Below, one piece after another: positions 37,775-49,486 of a stretch of DNA of 64,000 nucleotides (position 1 is the stretch's first letter; each line of letters opens with the position of its first letter). This DNA is from Caecitellus pseudoparvulus. Taxonomy: Eukaryota > Protista > Bigyra: Bicosoecida. Under the pieces are notes generated by a model. That model worked only from the letters and a program-made list of their open reading frames with translations. It searched no databases and was not told the origin of the DNA. Location of the stretch: NCBI GenBank assembly GCA_965644315.1, contig CBFFRQ010000054.1, positions 186,001 through 250,000 on the forward strand. The letters run 5' to 3'. The position numbers were made by a program, and so were the translations under genes.

Positions 37775-38701
37775 ATGGCTGATAGCAGTGGAGTGTCGGT
37801 GGTGGCACGGTGGAAGGCTGCATGCGACGTTGAGCAAGCAGATGTGCTACTGAGCATGCTGCACGGGTGTGGTGATGGTGCAGATGCGGAGCTGGGAGGC
37901 TTGTCACGTTCGGACACAACTGCTGCCTTTGTGGTCGCTTGCAAGGCAGGGCATGTTGGGCTGCTGCGTGGGCTGTTGACGTTGGAGGGGGATCTTGCAG
38001 TGGACGTACATGCAGGACTTGATGGCTACCCTGAGAGTGGCTTCAGAGCTGCTTGTCAGAATGGGAACTTGGACGTGGTGCGCGAGCTGCTTGCGTTAAC
38101 AGGAGACCGTGAAGTTGATGTACATGCTGGGCGAGAGGGCGAGCCTGAGGCTGGCTTCCGGCTTGCGTGTCAGCATGGGCACCTGAATGTGGTGCGTGAG
38201 CTTCTGGACCTGGCCGGGCATCGCGAAGTAGATGTGCATGCTGCGTTCATGGGCAATCCAGAGGCTGGGTTCTGGCTTGCATGCTACACTGGGCATGTGG
38301 AGGTGGTACGAGAGTTGCTGGCTCTTTCTGGGTCTCGTGAAGTGGATGTACATGCGGGGTTTAAGGGTGATCCCGAGGCCGGCTTCCGATGGGCCTGTAA
38401 CAATGGGCACGTTGATGTGGTTCGCGAGCTGCTTGCTCTGGGCGGGCATCGTGAGATAGATGTGCACGTAGAAGACTGGCGTGGACCTGAGGCTAGCTTT
38501 CGCCTTGCTTGCAAGGAGGGACACACTGATGTAGCTCGTGAGCTGCTGGGCCTGACTGGCCACCGAGCCATCATTCTGCAAGCACGCCTTGCCGCAGGAG
38601 AGGCAGCTGTGCAGGCGGGCAAGGATGCAGTGTGGGTTGGCACCAGTACGCGGCAGGGTCGCCAGGCATTGGTGCTGCTGCGGGCAGCTCGAGCAGCGTA
38701 G
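37775..38701 (+). CDS. Ankyrin-array gene A1 (308 aa; N-cap + 4 x 38-aa repeats + C-cap)
   Basis: Repeats read xxxxxPExGFxxACxxGHxxVVRELLxLxGxREVDVHA. The gene is intronless and ends RAARAA. Confidence 0.88.
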   Translation: MADSSGVSVVARWKAACDVEQADVLLSMLHGCGDGADAELGGLSRSDTTAAFVVACKAGHVGLLRGLLTLEGDLAVDVHAGLDGYPESGFRAACQNGNLDVVRELLALTGDREVDVHAGREGEPEAGFRLACQHGHLNVVRELLDLAGHREVDVHAAFMGNPEAGFWLACYTGHVEVVRELLALSGSREVDVHAGFKGDPEAGFRWACNNGHVDVVRELLALGGHREIDVHVEDWRGPEASFRLACKEGHTDVARELLGLTGHRAIILQARLAAGEAAVQAGKDAVWVGTSTRQGRQALVLLRAARAA

Positions 38702-39528
38702 GCACATCTCTGTCCAGAGACCGGCCAAACGTCCGTGTCGTCCACCAGGGAAGGCTCCACGCACAGGCTGATAAACGGAGCATATGCGGGCTCCACGCTG
38801 CACCATTCACACAGCCATGGCAACCGTCAGCTTCGGGATGATCAGCGTTCGTGGGCTATGTAAACCACCTGCGGCGTACATGGTTGAGGGCGATGGCTTG
38901 AGCGCCAACCCTTGCGAGTGCGACATCTGCACCGACAGCGTGACAGGGCCGTGGCCAGGCGGCTGGGGGTGCTGGCAGACCACGCAAGTCTCCTGGTCAT
39001 CCACATGCCGCCCATGCTGCAGCGGGCGGGTGATGAGCAGTGCCACCTGGGCGGTGACGGTGTGGCAGCTGGCGTGAGGGATGGTGTTGTGGCTGGCCCT
39101 GGCCGCTGTGGCCATTGTGCGGAGTGGAGATGCAGGGACCGAGGCGGCCGTCAGTGCAGGATAGAGTGCAGGATGATGGTGCTTTCTTCGGACCAGCCAT
39201 CATTGGAGAGCGGGTGGGGAGCCCGCGCCCCGCGATACCCTCAGTTCGGACAGCGGCATGCTGTGTTGGGCAGGATGCAGGCCTCCCAGGCAGGCGGTGA
39301 TGGCACGGTGACTGGTGGTGCAGTAGAGGTACTGGTGGAGGTGCTGGGGCCGGGGCGTCAGGACAAGGCCGGACCAGCACACCTCGGGAGCGCTGTGCTG
39401 GCGTGTGAACGAGAATAAGTTTATAGACTAGGTACGATACTTCTCTGCGAAGAAGTGAGTGTTGGGGTGTGAAGCTGTGTTTGGGGCCAAGTACAAAGAA
39501 TTTAAACAGCATTGGGACACTATTGCGC

Positions 39529-40002
39529 TCACTTGCATGGGCCGTTTGCTTGATATTGAGGCAAGTTTGGGACGTGTTTTGGTGGGCAACTTTGTCCTCG
39601 ACTGTTGCGTTGTCCCACAGGACCATCCAGGCGCTCCCCATGAGTGAAACCAAACCGAAAGTCCATGAATTCACGGGATCTTGTGTCTTGGTAGTTAAGG
39701 CATCTTCTTATCGTCTCTCTCTCGAGAAAACCACTAATCAGCACCGACCGTTGCGGAATGCGGAACTTGATCAGCCGCCCCAGACGTTCCGGCGCCGAGT
39801 ACACGCTCAGGAGCTCAGTTGCGGCAACAAGAGTCAGGTTCTTACGTCTTAAAGTAGAGATGATGCTTTGTAGCCTGATTAATTGTGCTGAATTGTCTTG
39901 CAGACTGAGATAGATGGATGTGGAAGCTGTTGTCCTCTTAGTGACTAACTCCTCTTCCAGTGATTCCAAACTCTTACCCTTCATCCACCTCCAGACACTC
40001 AA
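39529..40002 (-). CDS. Hypothetical small ORF inside transposon 1
   Basis: 157-codon ORF in the AT-richer end of the element, with no recognised motif. Confidence 0.2.
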   Translation of the reverse strand: MSVWRWMKGKSLESLEEELVTKRTTASTSIYLSLQDNSAQLIRLQSIISTLRRKNLTLVAATELLSVYSAPERLGRLIKFRIPQRSVLISGFLERETIRRCLNYQDTRSREFMDFRFGFTHGERLDGPVGQRNSRGQSCPPKHVPNLPQYQANGPCK

Positions 40003-40344
40003 TTTTCACTATCTTTTGATCAAAACTGGATATTAATGGAAAAATATAACAGGGGCTAGAATGTTCAAAGGTATGGTAGGCTTCTTGCTTGCCTCATGTG
40101 CTCAGGAGACTCGGCAAACGGCCCGGCGTGGCGTTTCATCTGGCACTCTTCCCTGGCAGAGTTCCATGTGGACCCACAGAGGGTGCGGCAGAGTACGGGA
40201 TGGCTGTAATCCTATGATAAGCGTAATATAGTGGAATACATTTCGAGGCGTGAAAAAAGCTCCGAAATACCACGTTTTTTGTCGGTTTGGAGGCCGTCTT
40301 TGTTGGACTGGCTCTGGGGTGAAACTCCGGTGAAACTTGGCCGG

Positions 40345-43300
40345 TTAGAAAGCGCATGCGCTCGTGCGCCGCGGCCGTTTAGACAGATTTCGCACGGGTT
40401 TATTTCCCATGGACCTCTTTTTCCCACCAGTACGAGCTTTCGTCTTGACCCCACCGACCTTTGCTTCTGTCATGGCCGCCCCACCCTTTGGACCAACCTT
40501 GGCGCCCGCACGTTCGTGGCCTGTCTCGGCCCCACTCTGCTTCTGAGTCTTGACCTCTTCATCTTGGACAGCTGCCTCCGCCTGCGTCATTTGGGCTACC
40601 TTCCTCACCTTTCCTTCCGTTGCGTGTGCTGCAGAGGCAACCCGTGATACCAAGGTTTTCTCGCTGTAGGGGCAGGCCCCATCCTTGCGTGCCTGCTGCT
40701 CCTCCAGGAACAGCTGGCGAATCTCATGTTCTAGCTCCGGGGTGACAGACGAGGTGGCCCTGTGGTACAGGGGCAAACCAGAGGCCTCGACTTCCTCGAC
40801 GGTTGGTGGGGCGGGTGGAACTGGGTTGCGTTGAAGCGCCGCAGTGATCTCTCCATCACCGAGGCCAGTGACACTAGAGCACAACGCAGACAGCAGATCC
40901 AAGCTGTCTGCTGCTTTGCCCGCCTTGGATCGGGTCTCGCGCTTGCGACTGTGCGAGTTGGTGTACTTAGATAGCAGCTTGGCAGCAGTGGCTTGGTTCC
41001 TCTCCAGCCAGTACAGTGTCAGGTTCATCTTGGCCACATCGAGGCGGGTTGAAGTCCCTGCCGTCACCATGTCTCGCATCCCAGCGTGTAGGCTCTCGTT
41101 TCCCCCTGTTGTCGTCGCGCCGTGAACCGCATCTCGCCCATTCATCAGACCCTGAATGCCGACCAAGTTGTTGCATGAGGCCTTGACCCGGGATCGAGTC
41201 AGTGCGTAGGGGGATCCTTTCTGAAGGATGCCGTGGGTGGGAGCACCGCGTACAACAGATGTGGCACCACTCTCGCTGGGGGGCGCCCAGACTACCTCGA
41301 AGAGCTTGGCAACCCGCTTCAGCTCAGCCTGAGCTTGGCTCACGTTGTCTGGACCCACGTGCAGAGGAAGCATGGGAACGGCACCTTCACCTTCATGTAC
41401 ACCTTCAGCAGTCACAGTGAATGGCTGGCCGCGGGAGCGGCGATGCAGCATGCCGGCAGCAGCGGCACACACAGCTGCCAAGGCGAGGGGGACGTGCTCG
41501 CGAAGCCTTGCAGCAGCCCCGACTGCACGCGCTGGCCCGTACACAGCCCACCCAAACTTGGCAAGGAAGGACTTGACCACCCCCTGCTGTCCCTGGCTCA
41601 GGGGCTTGCGTGCAAGGATAGCATGGGCGCAAGCTTTGAATCCCTGGATCGCTTCCCTTGCAGAGGGCAGGTCATTCAACTGCTTGTCAATGTCTCGCTC
41701 TGGCAGCATCAAGCGCGAAGACACTTCCGTTCTGGGGGGCGTCCGTATCCAGTGTACAGTGTCAAACCACAGCCTTGACAACACCTTGCCATCTTGGTGC
41801 ACGGATTTGCTGGGAATGGTCTTGGTCACGCGGCTGGCAAAGTGCCAAGGGTCCACCGCGAACCGCACCACGCCTTTCTTCAGCAGTGGGAAGTGCACGT
41901 CGATGATTTTCTGCAGGGTGTGCTGGTGGGTCCTGAGGTTGTCCACTGTGATGACGCTGGGGTGGGACGCACCCGGGCCACGCTCCCGCAGGTGTCCCTT
42001 CAGCTTGCACAGTAAAAAGTCCAGGACCCAGGCCAGGTTGGCCCCACTCTCGTGGCCCGTGAGCATGGGACGCTGCAAGATGAAGCCGTATCGCCCCACA
42101 ACCGTGGCTATGCAGGGAGCTACCCGCCACCGGGTTGTGCCTCTGGCCCGAGTTGCTGTGGCAGTGCCACCGCTGCCATCCCCTGTGCACGCTGCCAAAG
42201 CCTGCACATTGCCTGTGTCTTCACCAGCTTCATCATCACCTTCATCCAGATGCTCCCCGTCGCACTCCTGCCCTTCAGGCCCGGGGGGCACGTCAGCTGC
42301 TTGCATGCTGTCATGCTGCCCAGGCCTCGGACCAACCACGTGCACCCGTGCAGAGGATGCAAAGGTCCAGTCCACGCTGATGGTGTCAGCGAAGCGCGCC
42401 AGGGCTTCCTCGTACAGACTGACGTGTGGCTCCACTGTGACATGGAAGATGTGCAGCACAGCATCTCGCAAAGCCTCCACCCCAGTGCTCAGCTGCAGCC
42501 TCTCCTCGATGGGGGTCTTCACGCGGCGCACGATCCCCGCCACGGCCCTGCCAATGGCATCGTCCTTCTGGTACCAGAACTTTTGTCGCAGCTCTCTCTT
42601 CTACTTCCTAAACGTGTCCCGAAAAGGGTGCATCAGGTCTCTGTAGAATGCATCCTGTACCTTGGCCATGCCTTCGCGACGGTGCGCGACGTAGCACTCC
42701 CACAGACTCTCTGCTGCATCTTCATCCAGGAGCAGAGAGCCAGCAAGTGCACAAGGTATGGACAGGGTCAGCCTGCGCCCCTCCATATGGGGAAAGGGGG
42801 TACCGTCCTGCTGCTGCTCGGGGAAAAGACGGTCCTTGAGCTCCCAGAACTTCTGCGTGCCGACCAGGACAGAGGCACCGTGCTTCTGGCAGGTGTACCT
42901 GACCTTTTTGACCGACTGCACGCCACGCATGCCAGTGATCAAACACTGCGTACACTCCTGTATCCCATTTGTTGTCCAGGCACAAGTGTCGGCCGTGTCC
43001 GCGTTGGGACACATGCCCCAGGGCACCACAGGGCGTCCGTCTGAGCCACCGTCTACCGGGACAGACATCATTCGCAAATGAATGGCCATCGAGCTTGGGG
43101 CCATACTTTCCTGCAGTTCTTTTTCCATGTTCCTGAGCATCCCAGTCAACTTCTCAGGCAGCGGGCCAGCCTCTGCAGCTGCAGCCCCCCCTGTCCATGG
43201 CGCCTCAGCTCGCGCTGCCATGGCTGACCGAAAGGATACCCCCCCTTCTGCGGCTTTGGCTTGGTATGCATCGCTGTCGGGGAAGGTGTGCCCGTCAGGT

Positions 43301-44647
43301 GTCCAGGGGATGGGTCCTTCGACCAGCTTGTGGGTCTCCTCATCCGCTTGATCGAACCTGCTCCCCAGAGCTGGGTGTGCGGCAGCGACGCCAACTGCCT
43401 GAATCCGCCGCTCTGGGGGCTGCTTCTTGTGAGGAATGAAATGCTTGTAAACTGTGCCAGCAAACGCAGCATGCTCAGGTTTCTCGACATACCACTTGTC
43501 TTCGGTGATTGCGTGGGTGTATCCCCCGAGGAGACCCTGCTCGCCGACACACTCCTCCTCGCGGTCTGTGGTTCGATACACCAAGCCGCCTTCAATCCTG
43601 CGGACCTTGTCCCGAAGAGCGGCAGTCACAGGTCCCTGTGCGTCCCGCAACGCGGCCGCAATCCCAATCTCTGCCTTGTCTGCCATGTAGGTCAGCACAA
43701 GCCCCTCCCCAGGCTGTGGAGGAAGCGCCATCCTGCCCAAGGCTGCGCGCACCATCATCACGCTCGACCCAACAAGCTGAACAGTGGCAGGCTTGGCAGG
43801 CGATGCCATTAACACGGTCAGGATTGTGCTCATGTTCCCGGCGAGCGCCGCTGGACAGGTGGGCACGAGAACCTCCCTGGGAGGCTGTGGGAGGCAATGC
43901 TCAGCGGGCCCCACTGCAGAGCACTGCTCGGTGAGCTCGCCTGGACTCATGTCACCGTGAAGGAGAAGGTGGGAGGCTGCTGGGGCACACCTGTGAACAA
44001 CAGCTTCAGACTTGGCCAGCGCCTGGTCGGACCACGTGCTACCGTGCCCCAGAGGAACGCTGCGGCGCAGGCTGTGCAACGCTGATTTTGTCAGTGACTC
44101 TGGAGACAGGTCTTCGACCGAGTCTGAAGCAACTGTAACCTCCACGGGGCTCTGGGCATCAGGATGGCCTGCGGACAAAGGCGGATGTGGGGGACTGCAG
44201 GTACAGGCCGAGACCCTGCAGGAAACAAGAGAAAAGCTTCAGTATCACCTTCTTCATGCCGTTGTGGTGCTTCATGGGGCACCAGAGTGTCTGCATCTTG
44301 CTCTGTGGTACGGAAACGCTCGCAGCTGGTGCTGCCGTTATGGGCGAAACGCCGTTAGCACCACAAGACGCAAATACGCACCTTCTGCTGCCATTTTGAC
44401 AGGTCCTGCCCCAGCAGGAGTGAGATTCAAATCCTTTTTTCACCATTGCACGCCAAAAACACACGTCAGAGGAGCAGTGGTAGTGAGTGCCGTCAATGAA
44501 GGTTGAGTTGCTACTGCCCTTGCGGGGAGCATAGCACCCTCGTGCAATGGCCGCGGCCCGGAGCGAGCAAAGCTGACATTCAGAAGCCTTGGACCTTTCT
44601 ACCTTGAAACAGTGCGTTGTAAGCACCCCTGGGGCTCTTCGCGGCAT
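40345..44647 (-). pseudogene. Large DDE transposase of the IS256/DxxH group (MuDR/Kolobok/Dada-like), interrupted by one TAG
   Basis: ORFs 42601-44178 and 40345-42543 are in the same frame and separated only by TAG at 42603-42601. Motifs: ISVDWTF (D), VITVDN (D), AVDPWHFASRV (DxxH), GGNESLH (E), and an upstream Cys/His cluster CPN..C..CTQC..CQKH. Cys-rich ORF 44159-44647 is a possible first exon; its splice junction is not resolved. Confidence 0.75.
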
Positions 44648-45218
44648 CCTGGCGTGGGTAGCGCAATGTCGTTCCTCGGTCAGTGGGGGCGCCCGTTGGA
44701 GCTGGTGCCGGAGGAGGTGGGGGGTACATTCAAAACGATGTGACGGTCAAGGAGAGAGGGGCAAAGGCGCCAAGTGAAGGAGATCAAATCCAAGTTGATG
44801 AGTGTCCAAATGCCACCTTTGTCACCCGACAATTTACCTAGACTATAAACTTATTCTCGTAGGTCTCGTGAAACCCTGCAATAAGGGCAAATGTAGGACA
44901 AACTGATATAAGGTCTAGCACTATGCTCAACATTCTTAGAGCAATTTTGCGTTCTTGGAGGTTTTGCGCAACAAGACCCGGCGGGGGGGCTTCGCCAAAA
45001 TTCAAATACTTCAAATTTGAGTTTTTTGTTTGATGGTGCCGTTGGCCGTTGGCGTTACGGGCACCGAAAGAAAACGGCCAATCACCCAAGGCCGTCTACC
45101 TCTTTCAGAATAAGCGCTGGCTCAAAAATTTCACGCAATTCATGGCCAACCTCAAGCTTTCTCATAACTTCCGCCATTTGTTCGCCCGGTTTCCTCTTCC
45201 AAGCCGAATTCTCACCCA

Positions 45219-47429
45219 GTGGTGATGGCGACGAAACGAGACCGATCCGGCGCCCCGTTGCGAACGGCCACAGCTGTCCCGGAAAGGTCGTCACGCGGAA
45301 TAGCTCAAGGAATTCTTGAAGCAAGTGCCCACATGATGAACCTTGGTGCGGCCTCACTTGTCACAGGGCAGTCGTTGCTTGTACACTCGGTGCATGCCTT
45401 GGCAGGCCAGCTTCGAGCCGAAGGCTACACCCGCAGGGATCAGCGGGAAGCGAAGTTCGGAGCAGCAAAAGGCAGAGGTAGGCTTCGTAGGATCAAGCCA
45501 CTTGTCATTCGCCAGTCTATTGAAGCGACGCTGCAGAACCCGAGGCACTGTTGGAGGTTAACGGGGATGAACGCAGAGATGTACAGGCACTTCTCTGACG
45601 AAGTCCAGAGAGCTCTCGTAAAGGCCAAAAACATGCAAACCAAGCAGCACTCAGCCTTTGTACGGATTTTCATTTGCATTTCCCAGCTCCGTGGGCACCC
45701 TCCTGCCGCTCTGGCGATCATTACGAAGATGCCGGAAGGATCTATGCATGGGATCTTCCGGGAGGTGATTCCCTTCGTCCTCTCTGTTGCCACCAGAAAT
45801 TTGATGCTCAAGATACCCGAAGATCAGCGGGACGTGTCTCACGGGATTTTTGGCGGCGCACTTGGCCGTGTTGTCGGGGCAGTGGATGGGGTAACCATCC
45901 CGATGCAAGCGATGCCGGGCCGACCCCAATCCCACTACAACGTCCACCACAAGATTCCAGGTTACGACTTCCTGCTTGTGACAGACCTCACTGGAGTTCC
46001 CTTGGCTATTTTTGAGATGGGGCCTGGATCACAGTCTGAAGTTGCGGCGGCGTCAGACGCGGTGCGAACCCTGCGCCGCCATGGAGTCATGGAGCCAGGC
46101 GATCTGCTGCTAGGAGATGCATTGTACTGGCACTCCAACAAGCACATTGTAGCGGGAGACAAGCCATCCCACCTCAAACAGTGGGCCGACAAGATCACCC
46201 AGCACATTGAGGCTGGGTGGGAGGATGCCGAAGAGCTCGAGAGGCTGCGCATGGCGTCTGGGATGCTGCTTAGCTTGGATCTGCGAACGGAGATGATAAG
46301 CAGCGCAAGGCTTGTAGTGGAGAACTGCAACAACGTCATCAAGTCGTTCAATGGTAGGTTGAGCGAAAGACACTCACAGATGCCGTTCCTCGCAGACCAA
46401 AAGGCACTTCTGCTCTTGACGGTCAAGGCGGTCACAGGTCTTGTTGCATTTCGGATGCTTTACACTCGTCGCAGCCTCCGAAGCGAGTCATGGCTGCTTC
46501 GAAAGAATCACTCGTTGAGCTTGCTCCATCTCACTGTAAAGGCCGACCGTGCATTAGGGGAGGCAGCAGATCGCACATTTGAAGACCTGCCCCGACTGAT
46601 GCAAGTCCGGCGCAACAAGCGACCCATGAAGGTGGCTTATCAGGCCGTTGCCAAAGCTGTGCGTGATGCACAAGGGGAATCTGCGCCTGAGGTTGAAGCC
46701 CAGCCCCCTCGCGGGGCCTCGTCAGAGCTTTGGGAGCAGATCCAAACCATGACGACGCTGCTCCATGGACTTGATCGCGAGGTGCTGCAGGACCTGGACC
46801 AAGGGGGCTTGTCATCCTTGAAGAAGAGGAGCAAGAAGCCCGGCACAGCATCTGCTGTGCCGGGTCAACCCCGTCATACACGGAGTCGAGGCAGTGCACA
46901 ACAGGAAGTCATGCCACGACTGCGAAAGTGGTTTCACGGGATGGTCCTTCGGCAAAACGAACCTCTCATGTACTCGGGGGGGTCACAACCCGAGCGAGGC
47001 TACGCAGTGTTGGTCCACCCCTACACCGCAATGTGGGAGGTGTACTACTACCACGAGGATGGAACCGAGGAACAAGAGCTGCACTCCTCGGGAGCAGCGA
47101 CGCACTTGTACAACACACTCCCTCTGATCGCAGAGAGGTTGGCATTGGACAAGAACTGCACTCCAGTGGAGCTTAGCCTGTTGCAGTGTCCGGGATCTGG
47201 TTTGGAGGACAGCCCGCTCGTGGAGTTTGCGTCTGGACTTCTCCTTGAGGGTGACCCTTGTCTGGACCCGGACTCGATAGCGCGGATGACCATCGACCAG
47301 CTTCGCCAACGATGTGAAGAAACGGGGTTGTCTTGCATTGGTACGAGGGGCGACCTCGTTCACCGGCTGACACTTTCCTGCGCTTCGCAAGGCACAGCCA
47401 CGGCAGCGGGATCTGCCCTACCGAAGTGA
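45219..47429 (+). CDS. Harbinger-type (DDE_Tnp_4-like) transposase with a C-terminal SAP-like domain
   Basis: Motifs: VVGAVDGVTIP (D), HYNVHHKIPG..LVTDLTG, LLLGDALY (D), ARLVVENCNNVIK (E). The C-terminal MTIDQLRQRCEETGLSCIGTRGDLVHRL fits the SAP consensus. Confidence 0.87.
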   Translation: MVMATKRDRSGAPLRTATAVPERSSRGIAQGILEASAHMMNLGAASLVTGQSLLVHSVHALAGQLRAEGYTRRDQREAKFGAAKGRGRLRRIKPLVIRQSIEATLQNPRHCWRLTGMNAEMYRHFSDEVQRALVKAKNMQTKQHSAFVRIFICISQLRGHPPAALAIITKMPEGSMHGIFREVIPFVLSVATRNLMLKIPEDQRDVSHGIFGGALGRVVGAVDGVTIPMQAMPGRPQSHYNVHHKIPGYDFLLVTDLTGVPLAIFEMGPGSQSEVAAASDAVRTLRRHGVMEPGDLLLGDALYWHSNKHIVAGDKPSHLKQWADKITQHIEAGWEDAEELERLRMASGMLLSLDLRTEMISSARLVVENCNNVIKSFNGRLSERHSQMPFLADQKALLLLTVKAVTGLVAFRMLYTRRSLRSESWLLRKNHSLSLLHLTVKADRALGEAADRTFEDLPRLMQVRRNKRPMKVAYQAVAKAVRDAQGESAPEVEAQPPRGASSELWEQIQTMTTLLHGLDREVLQDLDQGGLSSLKKRSKKPGTASAVPGQPRHTRSRGSAQQEVMPRLRKWFHGMVLRQNEPLMYSGGSQPERGYAVLVHPYTAMWEVYYYHEDGTEEQELHSSGAATHLYNTLPLIAERLALDKNCTPVELSLLQCPGSGLEDSPLVEFASGLLLEGDPCLDPDSIARMTIDQLRQRCEETGLSCIGTRGDLVHRLTLSCASQGTATAAGSALPK

Positions 47430-47598
47430 GCTCGAGGACACCACCCCTCTCAATGGTGTCTTCCCCCTGGCCCACCCGGCAGCGTGCATTGATCAGCAAA
47501 GCCGTGTCTCGCTCCTGTTCCCTCCTCTGATCACCATACACAACAAATACAATGACTTTACACTCGGGACGGAAGGAGTGAAAGGTGTGTCCCCTGGA

Positions 47599-48936
47599 TC
47601 ATGCAAGACGAGCCTCTATCCGTGTCACTGCTTGCTCGATCGACGTCATCCTGTCCAAGAGCTGGACAAGAGCCTCCTTCAGAGTGTCGTGCATGCGTTG
47701 AGAGTCCCTTGACACATCGAAGCACTCTTTTGCTTGTTGGGCAGCCTTTCGAAGCACTGCAGCGCTGTGAAACAGACCGCTTGGGTCACTGCCGCGGTTT
47801 CCAGCATTGCGTCTTGATGCTGAAGCCTCAGTTGCTTGTGCTACTGCTGCGATTGCAGCGTCTTGCTCCTCAAGAGACAGAGCGGTCTCGACAGACAAGA
47901 AGGGGACTGCCGCGGGGTCGATCTGACATGCCGCCTCAGTAAGTTCATCAACCAGCGTATCAGCAATGTTGCTAGGGGTACCCGCCTGTCCCGGGCTTGG
48001 GGTCTGAGCTCCTCGAACCGATTTGGACCGTGGTCGATCGAGGGCCGGGGACGTACGCTGACGCTTCCGTCGGCTTCGCTCAAGCTTTGGGTTCACGCGA
48101 ACAGCCATGCGCACCACTGAATGGTAACGAATGTACCCGAAAGCTGCTGCGAAGCGTGCAACTTCTTCACTTCCCGGAGTCAGGGTGGGGCCAAGGCACG
48201 GACCTGAGTGAGCCTCCTGGTTGTGAACATGTACCCGCAGCAAGGCTGAAAATGGGAGCAATGCTGGATCAGAAGGGCATTTAGTTGGATCCTCTGGGAA
48301 TGCCACGGCTGGATTTTCCACTGCATGCTCTGCAAGAAGCTCAAGGGCCTGGATGGCTTCCTTGAGTCCCCGTCGCAGTCTGCCCTTCAATTGCAGGTTG
48401 TGGAAAGTCCTCTGTACAGACTTCCCGTTCTTGCGGTCTGCCAAGAAAGCTGACAACTTTGCTTGGGCATGTGCAGCAGACCAGTACAGCCCTGCAGGGC
48501 CCACGTTTCCCTCTGTTGGAACGCCAAGGTATGCAGCTGCATGCTCAGGCCGCACCAGCCATGAAACGCCACCGGGGACGTCCACGGTTCCGGCTCCCGC
48601 GCTGATCAATCGCTCCAAGAACTTGATAAACTGGGTCTTTTCTGCAGCTTTATGCGGAAGAGCATCGACAAGGGACCCACCTTCGTCCATTTTCTTCTCC
48701 AGCCAGCTTGAGGCAATCTAGGCGTTTCATTTGAAACGGGTTTGTGGGGTACCACACCTACAGCAGCAAGATCCAGCGCCAAAACTCACTGCGAAAAGGG
48801 TCAGTACAACGTCATCTGGGACTGGGACTCCTCTGGGTTTTACGATTCCGCGTTGTACGGCATCCTGTTGGCCATTCGGGGTTGTTGAGTGGGGTTGGGA
48901 ACCATGCTGGCTCCCGCCAGCCGGATGGGCGGCCAT
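47599..48936 (-). CDS. Harbinger accessory protein (ORF2); putative DNA-binding protein with a basic NLS and a C-terminal coiled coil
   Basis: Exon 48936-48790 joins ORF 47599-48690 in frame through a 72-nt intron (48789-48718, GTGAGT..CTAG). It contains RSRRKRQR and ends LVQLLDRMTSIEQAVTRIEARL. The gene lies between the TIRs, convergent with the transposase. Confidence 0.7.
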
Positions 48937-49486
48937 CTGGAAAGAATCCAAGCCAAAACTAAAGTCCGTAGTACTGGGATAAGTTGTGCAGCTTTTAGTA
49001 TGCTCTGAGTTGGATTTGAGTGAAGTATCATTTTATTCCTGCAAACCGATTTCCGCAATTCTCACTTGCCAATCACTACGACCTACAGCAAAACCTGCAT
49101 CAGGCTGGCGAGTGCAAGCGATTGATTCCGCATGAAGTACATATCGATCAGTTTTTGGTGGGGTTCCCAACTCAAATATCCCAAGAATCCTCATTTCGCC
49201 ATTTCTGATATAAGCCTGAACTCCTACAGTAGTCAATCAGCAATTTCTTACTGTAAGGTTTCACGAGACCTATCTCGACGCACCGCTGTGCTGGAGTCCG
49301 CTTGCACCCAGTCTAATGGGCCAGGCAGCAATGCAAGTCAGGCAGCTGCGATATTGTCGGGGCTGCGTCAAAATCAACGCCACTTCCTGCATGGGACACT
49401 GGAAAGCGGCTGTTTCAGAAACACTGTGCTGTGCAGGCGAGTTGGGTGGCAACGGTGACATGCGCGGAAACTGTATTCACCACGCC

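Larger units (their letters stand above)
44860..49272 (+). mobile_element. PIF/Harbinger-superfamily transposon (~4.4 kb, two convergent genes)
   Basis: Perfect TIR (TA)GGTCTCGTGAAACC at 44860-44875 and 49257-49272, extending imperfectly to ~26 bp. TCTCG flanks both ends (44855-44859 and 49273-49277). Confidence 0.9.
39400..49284 (-). mobile_element. DNA transposon 1 (DxxH-type DDE transposase) with a nested Harbinger-like element in its right end
   Basis: Direct repeat CGCTGTGCTGG at 39391-39401 and 49284-49294; the core 8-bp GCTGTGCT is the TSD if the termini are GG..CC. An empty paralogous site exists at ~57371-57395. A 25-bp inverted repeat CGAGAATAAGTTTATAG[A/T]CTAGGTA lies at 39410-39434 and 44835-44859. 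Confidence 0.88.

Noticed and set aside
38780-39390. Short ORFs in the spacers between ankyrin genes and at 37140-37540
   Set aside because: Reading frames are not conserved between paralogous spacers, and no motif was recognised.
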